Notes under the pieces: model-generated
What the model was told of the DNA's origin: nothing
Seen by the model: the letters and a program-made list of their open reading frames with translations, nothing else
Databases searched by the model: none
Position numbers and translations under genes: made by a program
NCBI GenBank assembly: GCA_036985935.1
Contig: BTQP01000003.1
Span: forward strand, 1-33,727
Direction of reading: 5' to 3'
DNA length: 33,727 nt
Origin: Acidimicrobiia bacterium
Lineage (GTDB): Bacteria; Actinomycetota; Acidimicrobiia; Spongiisociales; UBA5794
In this document: positions 28,498 through 33,727 of the stretch, one piece after another
Numbering within the stretch: position 1 is the stretch's first letter
How the letters are laid out: each line of letters begins with the position of its first letter

Positions 28498-29283
28498 TCA
28501 GTACCCCTCGGTCTCACCTGCGGCCACGGCATGGAACCCGCCATCGACGTGAACGATTTCGCCCGAGGTCGCGGTAGCGAAATCTGAGAGCAGGACACAC
28601 GCCATCTTCGCCACCGGCTCGGGGTCCCTGGGGTCCCATCCAAGAGGGGCCCGTAATTCCCATAGGTTCTCAAACCGCTCGAACCCTGGAATCGATTTCG
28701 CCGCAACGGTTCCGAGGGGGCCCGCTGCCACGAGGTTGGCCCGGATCCCCTCCTTGCCAAGGTACCGGGCGAGGTAACGGTTGACCGACTGAAGAGCCGA
28801 CTTCGAGACGCCCATCCAGTCGTATGCGGGCCACGCGAGCGAGTTGTCGAAATCGAGCCCGACCACTGCACCCCCTCCTGCCTTTGCGAACAGTGGGCGC
28901 AGTCCAGCCGTGAGCGTCTTGTAGGAAAACGCCGACGTCACGAACGCGATGCTCGCCGACTCAGCGGGAGTGTCGAGGAACGCTCCCCCGAGCGCGTCGT
29001 TGGGAGCGTAAGCGATTGCGTGCAACGCACCGTCGATGCCTCCCCACTTCTCGTCGAGTGCCGCGACGAGTGATTCCATGTGCTCGGGATCGTTGATGTC
29101 CAACTCGTACACATCCGCATCGTTTGGAAGTCGTTTGGCGGATCGTCTGGTGAGGGACAGGCCCCGCCCGAACCCTGTCAGGGCGACCGTCGCGCCTTGC
29201 TCCTGAGCGACGCGGGCAGTGTGCCACGCTATGGAATCGTCTGTGAGGACTCCCGTTATCAGTATTCGCTTTCCAGAAAGCAT
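28498..29283 (-). CDS. fabI: Enoyl-ACP reductase FabI (InhA-like)
   Basis: LSGKRILITGVLTDDSIAW, GLDFD, AWPAYDWMGVSKSAL (YxxMxxxK), NLVAAGP and GEIVHVDGG. ATG at 29283 follows GAAGGG. Confidence 0.94.
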   Translation of the reverse strand: MLSGKRILITGVLTDDSIAWHTARVAQEQGATVALTGFGRGLSLTRRSAKRLPNDADVYELDINDPEHMESLVAALDEKWGGIDGALHAIAYAPNDALGGAFLDTPAESASIAFVTSAFSYKTLTAGLRPLFAKAGGGAVVGLDFDNSLAWPAYDWMGVSKSALQSVNRYLARYLGKEGIRANLVAAGPLGTVAAKSIPGFERFENLWELRAPLGWDPRDPEPVAKMACVLLSDFATATSGEIVHVDGGFHAVAAGETEGY

Positions 29284-29324
29284 CGAAGACCCTTCATCGT
29301 CAACCAGAAACAATAGACAATTCG

Positions 29325-29696
29325 CTACGCGACGTTAGCCCAAGCCCGCAAACCAAGTCCCATCACGAAGAGAAGAAGGATGCCGTAGGTCAGCGCCGGT
29401 TTGCGCGCCATCGTCGTGCGGTACAGGTACGCCAACGTCAGAGTGACGACGATCACGACGCCATAGAACACGTGGAAGGAGTTGCCGGGTTTCAACCCGT
29501 TGCTGTAGAGGTACACACCCGCCGCGACCTGGATCAGGATCGTTGCGATCGCGATCCCGCGGGCCCAGATGAACGCGGGGGGTAGCTCACGTTTCACGAT
29601 TGCGGTGACCAGCCCCCAGAGGCCAACGATTCCCGTTGCACCGATCGCAACAAAGAACCACTGTTCGTGAAATCGAAGAACGGTGCTGAGATCCAA
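29325..29696 (-). CDS. Small integral membrane protein (about 4 TM), function unknown
   Basis: 123 aa with four hydrophobic stretches and a HVFYG motif. TTG start, so the start is uncertain. Confidence 0.7.
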   Translation of the reverse strand: MDLSTVLRFHEQWFFVAIGATGIVGLWGLVTAIVKRELPPAFIWARGIAIATILIQVAAGVYLYSNGLKPGNSFHVFYGVVIVVTLTLAYLYRTTMARKPALTYGILLLFVMGLGLRAWANVA

Positions 29697-29768
29697 GACG
29701 GCTCCGATGTTGCGGGCTGCTTCAGTCGACTCCGCGAGCCGACATCATTGGGGTAGGTTATCGAAATC

Positions 29769-31001
29769 ATGGAACTGCACCCACACGACATGGCCCACGG
29801 AGGCGAAGCCGTTGCTCGCCACGATGGCAAGGCATATTTCATTCCAGGGGCGATGCCTGGAGAGGTCGTCGAGGCTACCGTGGTCGAGGACAAGGGGTCG
29901 TGGGCGAGAACCGCCCTCGTAGACGTCATCGCTTCGTCGCCACATCGTCGCGAGCCGCCGTGTCCGCACGCATCTGCGTGTGGGGGATGTCAGTGGCAGT
30001 TCGCCGACGAGGAAGAGCAGAGGCGCTGGAAGAGGGACACCGTTGTCGGGCAACTCACACACCTCGGAAAACTGAAGGACCCCAGGGTGAACGAGACGGT
30101 GGTTCCCGGCCCCGATCTTGGCTACCGAAACCGGATGGACTTTCGAACGGCCGACGGGAAGCCCGCGCTCTATCGATCTCGCTCCAACGACCTCGTGCCG
30201 CTCGACCAGTGTCTGTTGATGGTCCCGCAACTTCAGGATATGTTCGCGAAGCTCGGTGATCTTTCGGGTGTGGAACGCCTCACGCTTCGCACCGGCACAG
30301 CGACAGGCGATGTCGTAGCGATCATCGAGGGAGAGGTACCAGAAGAATCGGGGACGTGGGGAGCCCAGATCGTGCACCGCAAGGGCAGGGAGTTGACGGC
30401 CGTCGTCGGTGAAGGCAGCCTCACCGAGGTCGTTGACGGAGCGACCTTCACTGTCCCGGTGGATGGCTTCTTTCAGAACAACACAGCAGGGGCCGAAACG
30501 CTCGTCGCACTTGTTCGCGAGGCCCTCGAGGTCGAACCTGGCGATACGTTGCTCGATGGCTACTGCGGGGTCGGACTCTTCGGTGCCACCGTCGGGCGGG
30601 ACGCCGCACGAGTGGTCGGCCTGGACTCGACCCGATCAGCGGTGGACTACGCACGACACAACCTCACCGAAGCGGGTGTCGACCACAAGCTCATCACCGG
30701 GTCGTTCACCCAGGACATCGAACAGCTCGATGAATACTGGGATGTTGCGGTGGTTGATCCACCTCGCAAGGGCCTCGGCGAACGAGGCGTGGCCGCAGTA
30801 ACCGCGGCAATGCCGAGACGGATTGCCTATGTCGCATGCGATCCTGCGTCACTTGCCCGCGATACGCGAACACTCGCCAACTTCGGGTACGAGTTCGTCG
30901 AAGCGACCCCCGTCGACATGTTTCCGCAGACCTATCACATCGAGATCGTCGCGCGTTTCGACCGCGTGCAATCGGACGATGAGGAACCGCGCGCCACGTG
31001 A
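29769..31001 (+). CDS. TRAM-domain RNA (uracil-5)-methyltransferase, RlmD/TrmA family
   Basis: N-terminal TRAM domain, CPHASACGGCQWQ plus a later Cys (Fe-S ligands), FFQNN, LLDGYCGVGLFG, VDPPRKG, catalytic YVACDPASLARD and DMFPQTYHIE. Confidence 0.92.
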   Translation: MELHPHDMAHGGEAVARHDGKAYFIPGAMPGEVVEATVVEDKGSWARTALVDVIASSPHRREPPCPHASACGGCQWQFADEEEQRRWKRDTVVGQLTHLGKLKDPRVNETVVPGPDLGYRNRMDFRTADGKPALYRSRSNDLVPLDQCLLMVPQLQDMFAKLGDLSGVERLTLRTGTATGDVVAIIEGEVPEESGTWGAQIVHRKGRELTAVVGEGSLTEVVDGATFTVPVDGFFQNNTAGAETLVALVREALEVEPGDTLLDGYCGVGLFGATVGRDAARVVGLDSTRSAVDYARHNLTEAGVDHKLITGSFTQDIEQLDEYWDVAVVDPPRKGLGERGVAAVTAAMPRRIAYVACDPASLARDTRTLANFGYEFVEATPVDMFPQTYHIEIVARFDRVQSDDEEPRAT

Positions 31002-31777
31002 GGTTCGAACTCCCCCGTCAGCGGAGGCGACGCAAGGCGATCGAGGCCCCATTTCCGCAGGAATGGCGCGCGTACCTCGACGAAGGAATGGCGCATTGGC
31101 GGTGGCTCGACGACGTTGAACGGTCACGACTCGAGGAACTCATCAAGGGGTTCCTTCACGACAAACGATTCGAGTGGTCCAACAGCCTCGATCCCTCCGA
31201 CGAGATTCGCGTGCTCGTCGCCGCCTCGGCCTGTTTGCTCATCCTCGGACTCGAACGGGCGTACTTCAGAGACGTCGGCTCGATCATCATGTATCCAACG
31301 GGTGTGGTGGTCCAGGGCAAGAGAGGGTCACCCTCGGTTCGTGGACTCGAGACAGAGAGCATTGTGCCGATACTCGGCGAGGCCGCCCTCCACGGCCCGA
31401 TGGTGATCGTATGGGATTCAGCTCAGCGAGCAGCGGCACATCCCCAAACCGGCCACAACGTCATCTACCACGAATTCGCCCACAAGATTGACATGGCGGA
31501 CGGTTCTGCAGACGGGACACCGCCGATGAGCGTGACACTCCGCGAGTCGTGGGAGATGGTCGCCCAAGAAGAGTTCCGAAAACTCCAAGCAGGCGAGAAT
31601 CCACATCCGTTCCTGGATGCGTACGGCGGCGTCAACCGGGCGGAGTTCTTTGCGGTAGCGACAGAGTTCTTCTTCGACCAACCGGTCGCGATGGAAAAAC
31701 ACATGCCGGGACTGTACGCGGTCTTGCGTGACTTCTATCGACAGGACACCGCTGAACGCGAGCGGCGGCAAGAATGA
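30998..31777 (+). CDS. MtfA-like zinc metallopeptidase (M90 family)
   Basis: GHNVIYHEFAHKID (HExxH) and YGGVNRAEFFAVATEFFF. GTG overlaps the upstream stop. Confidence 0.88.
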   Translation: MRFELPRQRRRRKAIEAPFPQEWRAYLDEGMAHWRWLDDVERSRLEELIKGFLHDKRFEWSNSLDPSDEIRVLVAASACLLILGLERAYFRDVGSIIMYPTGVVVQGKRGSPSVRGLETESIVPILGEAALHGPMVIVWDSAQRAAAHPQTGHNVIYHEFAHKIDMADGSADGTPPMSVTLRESWEMVAQEEFRKLQAGENPHPFLDAYGGVNRAEFFAVATEFFFDQPVAMEKHMPGLYAVLRDFYRQDTAERERRQE

Positions 31778-32395
31778 CTAGATCTCGTCCAGCAGTCTCT
31801 GACGTTTCTCCTCGTACTCCTCCTGGGAGATGAGGCCCTCGTCGAGCAGCTCTGCGAGTTTCTTTATCGAATCCGCGGCATGCGGTTTGAGTTCCTGTGT
31901 CGTCTCGGTCCGACCCGACAGATCCATCGTTCTCCGCTCACGAACCTTGTAGAGCGTCGTCTGGAACCGGTCGGGTCGAGGGATGTTGTAGAAGGTGCTT
32001 TGCCCCGACGAACCGGCCGACTCGATCAACAGGTCACCGGCCCCAAGCATCCGTTCGAAGACCGTCTGGGAGAAGTTCACGTTGGTGATGTTCTCGAGCG
32101 GGATCTCGACCCCGGATTGAGCGATGAGACCGGTCCGGGTGATCAGACGCTCTGTGGTCAGCACATATCTCGTGAACCACCAGTTGATCAAGGGTCGCAC
32201 AATGAGGTAGAGACCGGCGAGCAATACCACGAGTGAAATCCAGACGGCTGCGTCGTCGGTGAACCCGAACGCCAAACCGATAACGATCAGGACGCCGAGG
32301 AACCACAAGAACGGGATGAACAACAATTTCCAATGAGGACGAAACGACGTAACGATCGTCTCGTCAACACTCAACGCATCTTCGGGCCAAGACAT
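31778..32395 (-). CDS. Membrane protein with bacterial PH domain and C-terminal SHOCT domain
   Basis: RPHWK, two TM helices, YVLTTERLITRTGLI...IPLENI...Q...ERMLGAGDLLIESAG and C-terminal KKLAELLDEGLISQEEYEEKRQRLL. Confidence 0.88.
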   Translation of the reverse strand: MSWPEDALSVDETIVTSFRPHWKLLFIPFLWFLGVLIVIGLAFGFTDDAAVWISLVVLLAGLYLIVRPLINWWFTRYVLTTERLITRTGLIAQSGVEIPLENITNVNFSQTVFERMLGAGDLLIESAGSSGQSTFYNIPRPDRFQTTLYKVRERRTMDLSGRTETTQELKPHAADSIKKLAELLDEGLISQEEYEEKRQRLLDEI

Positions 32396-32440
32396 GAGGC
32401 CAGCATAGAGAACTCGCGCAGCGAGCGCATTGACTACATG

Positions 32441-32490
32441 AACGCGAGAAACCCCAAGGAAGCCGAAGCCCCCTTGGGGTTCTCCACGTT
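32441..32490 (-). terminator. Long terminal hairpin / putative intrinsic terminator of structured RNA 1
   Basis: Minus strand AACGUGGAGAACCCCAAGGGGGC-UUCG-GCUUCCUUGGGGUUUCUCGCGUU forms about 22 bp. Its G-U wobbles are valid only on the minus strand. No long U-tract follows. Confidence 0.7.
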
Positions 32491-32791
32491 GCCTCGGGCC
32501 TTTCGGCCTCCGGTTCCGCTGCGTCCCTTCCGGTCTTTCAACCGTCCGTTTCGCTGCTCCGCAAGCGGAGCTGGATGTGGATCGAAACCCGCACCCTCCT
32601 CATGTGCCTCGTCGACCGAAGCCGAGCGGGCGGGGCCTAAGCCCTCGACACCCGAAGGTGCCTCACAAGGTCCCCGATTCGTCTCCGAACCGGCTGCCGG
32701 CTGTGACACCGGCCGCCTCCGGTTTCCCGTTGGCGCTCGCTCCCGAGTTGCCCCGTTTGCGAGCCGCTCAGGGTTTCCCCCTTGCGGTAAT
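32441..32791 (-). ncRNA. Candidate ~350-nt tetraloop-rich structured non-coding RNA (family not recognised)
   Basis: About 13 consecutive hairpins on the minus strand, capped by GAAA x4, GCAA, GAGA, UUCG x4, CUUG, UUAG and one larger loop. G-U pairs fix the strand. There is a candidate promoter upstream and a terminal hairpin, and no credible ORF. Confidence 0.8.
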
Positions 32792-32796
32792 AGTCA

Positions 32797-32824
32797 ATGT
32801 TGCAGACTTTGTAGCGTTCGGCAA
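32797..32824 (-). promoter_or_regulatory. Putative sigma-70-type promoter for structured RNA 1
   Basis: Minus strand TTGCCG (32824-32819), N16, CAACAT (32802-32797). The first hairpin starts 10 nt downstream of the -10. Confidence 0.5.
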
Positions 32825-32890
32825 GCCAGATCGCTGGTTCGTTTTCGCGAGTCACGACGAGTTTTCGCGCTCGGCTGGTAGCTTTCCCAG

Positions 32891-33541
32891 ATGCGGCGCA
32901 AAACCGGTCGATTTCCCGTCAAAATTCGATTCGTATGGGCACTTTTGCTCGCATTTGCGATGGTCGCGGCCGGATGCACAGTTAGCCAGTCACCTCTGCC
33001 GGACACGACAACAACACGACAGCCAGCGGATGTGCCCGTGGCCGATGAGCTCACACTTCACACCGAAGGCATCGGTCCGTACGAGGTCGGGGACGAGGCC
33101 GAGTTCGTCATTGCAGGCATCACAAACGCGATCGGCGGCTGGGACGCCGACTCCTCGGATGAGGCCTCTCCCGTTCAGCTCCCCGAATGCGGGGATGCTT
33201 CCTCGAGGGTCGTGTCATGGGGTTCACTCGCGCTCGTGTTCGTACGGGGGTACGCACGCGAGACGTTCGTGAGTTGGTCGTTTGGTTTCGATCCCGTATC
33301 GGGGAACTCCGACGACCTACGTGGGCTCGGTCTGCGCACCGAAGCAGGAATCGGACTCGGCGCGACGAGACAGGAGCTCGAAGATGCGTACCGAGCAGGA
33401 CTCGAAATCACGAATCAGCCTGCCATCGATTCAGCGATCTTCGCCATCGACAAAGCACAGGAACCGCACCTCTCAGGCAAACTCGATTCTTCCGGGCCAC
33501 AAGGCATCGTCGACCTCATCCAGATCGAGCCGACATGCTGA
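32891..33541 (+). CDS. Hypothetical lipoprotein
   Basis: Basic N-terminus, hydrophobic stretch ending VAAGC (lipobox-like), Pro/Thr linker and an acidic globular domain. -10-like TAGCTT lies 6 nt before the ATG. Confidence 0.8.
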   Translation: MRRKTGRFPVKIRFVWALLLAFAMVAAGCTVSQSPLPDTTTTRQPADVPVADELTLHTEGIGPYEVGDEAEFVIAGITNAIGGWDADSSDEASPVQLPECGDASSRVVSWGSLALVFVRGYARETFVSWSFGFDPVSGNSDDLRGLGLRTEAGIGLGATRQELEDAYRAGLEITNQPAIDSAIFAIDKAQEPHLSGKLDSSGPQGIVDLIQIEPTC

Positions 33542-33551
33542 GAGAACTCCC

Positions 33552-33604
33552 AAAAGAGAAACCCCGAGGAAGCTCGACCGAAGTCTCGCCCTCTCGGGGT
33601 TCTC
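33552..33604 (-). terminator. Terminal hairpin plus U-tract (intrinsic terminator) of structured RNA 2
   Basis: Minus strand GAGAACCCCGAGAGGGC-GA-GAC-UUCG-GUC-GA-GCUUCCUCGGGGUUUCUC-UUUU. Confidence 0.75.
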
Positions 33605-33727
33605 AATTGAAGTGAACAAGTTCACTCCAGTCCGAGATTCGCCAGTTGCCCGACTCCTCCCGGGGTGTTCTCGTCGCATTCGCAGACCGAAGTCGTCGCC
33701 TGTGACCAGAACCCGCTGCTCCGAACC
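33552..33727 (-). ncRNA. 3' part of a second tetraloop-rich structured RNA (5' end beyond the window)
   Basis: Minus-strand hairpins GAC-UUCG-GUC, CCGGGA-GGA-GUCGG-GCAA-CUGGC-GAA-UCUCGG and GGAGUGAA-CUUG-UUCACUUC, then a terminal hairpin homologous to that of RNA 1. Confidence 0.68.

Noticed and set aside
331-31771. Many long antisense or alternative-frame ORFs (e.g. 628..1584 +, 1741..2619 +, 5932..6954 +, 17876..18967 +, 19441..20358 +)
   Set aside because: They lie entirely over well-identified genes and have no motifs. Such shadow ORFs are expected from high-GC codon bias.
32441-32791. RNase P RNA, tmRNA, SRP RNA or 6S/Ms1 as the identity of RNA 1 (similar size; GCGGGUUUCGAUCC resembles a T-arm)
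   Set aside because: It has no GAGGAAAGUCC / AACCCGGCUUA P4 strands, no tRNA-like acceptor ends, CCA or tag ORF, no SRP domain IV (CAGG...GGAA...GCAGC) arrangement, and no single long rod with a central bubble. This was judged by eye, so an Rfam scan is still needed.
32396-32791. RNA 1 as a riboswitch or attenuator for the PH-domain gene
   Set aside because: I recognise no aptamer consensus, and the PH gene has its own -10 (TATGCT) 6 nt before its ATG. RNA 2 has the same end hairpin but points into an oppositely oriented gene. Not fully excluded.
32333-33272. Track ORFs over the RNA region (32333..32881 +, 32434..32709 -, 32577..33272 +, 32637..32855 -)
   Set aside because: Their translations are Pro/Arg/Gly/Ser-rich with no recognisable domain, they overlap each other or real genes, and they are best explained as open frames in GC-rich hairpin DNA.
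33700-33722. + strand cagaacccgctgct resembling the RNase P 3' motif
   Set aside because: It does not match CAGAACCCGGCTTA beyond the first 9 nt, there is no upstream GAGGAAAGTCC, and tetraloop polarity indicates the minus strand.
32441-33727. CRISPR array or MITE/IS element as an explanation for the hairpin repeats
   Set aside because: There are no regularly spaced identical repeats with unique spacers, no cas or transposase gene in the window, and no terminal inverted repeats with target-site duplication that I could see.

Overview
High-GC bacterial chromosome segment. Gene content, synteny and frequent leaderless promoters suggest an actinobacterium, possibly Acidimicrobiia; this is inferred, not searched. 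Most of the window is compact housekeeping DNA. It holds icmF, the ffh-rpsP-khpA-rimM block, a putative GT-C membrane glycosyltransferase, a nucleoside-salvage operon (upp, ATL, thymidine phosphorylase, PNP), etfBA and cdd. It also holds the long recG-rsmD-coaD-sepIVA-yceD-rpmF-plsX-rnc-smc-ftsY run, rpmB with a degenerate cold-shock-like gene, an Lrp/AsnC-domain gene, ddl, an orphan GAF histidine kinase, fabI, an RlmD-family methyltransferase, an MtfA-like peptidase, a PH/SHOCT protein and a lipoprotein. The standout feature is in the last 1.3 kb. The largest intergenic gap (32396-32890) holds a candidate ~350-nt minus-strand non-coding RNA made almost entirely of hairpins capped by GNRA, UUCG or CUUG tetraloops, with repeated G/A-only internal loops, a candidate promoter and a long terminal hairpin. 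A second RNA of the same design lies one gene away (33552 to the window end, 5' part cut off). It shares the terminal hairpin, with a compensatory base-pair change, and the GGA/GAA-GNRA module. I cannot match either to RNase P, tmRNA, SRP, 6S/Ms1 or a riboswitch I recognise, so they are candidates for an undescribed multi-copy structured RNA family. All structures were folded by eye and no database searches were run.
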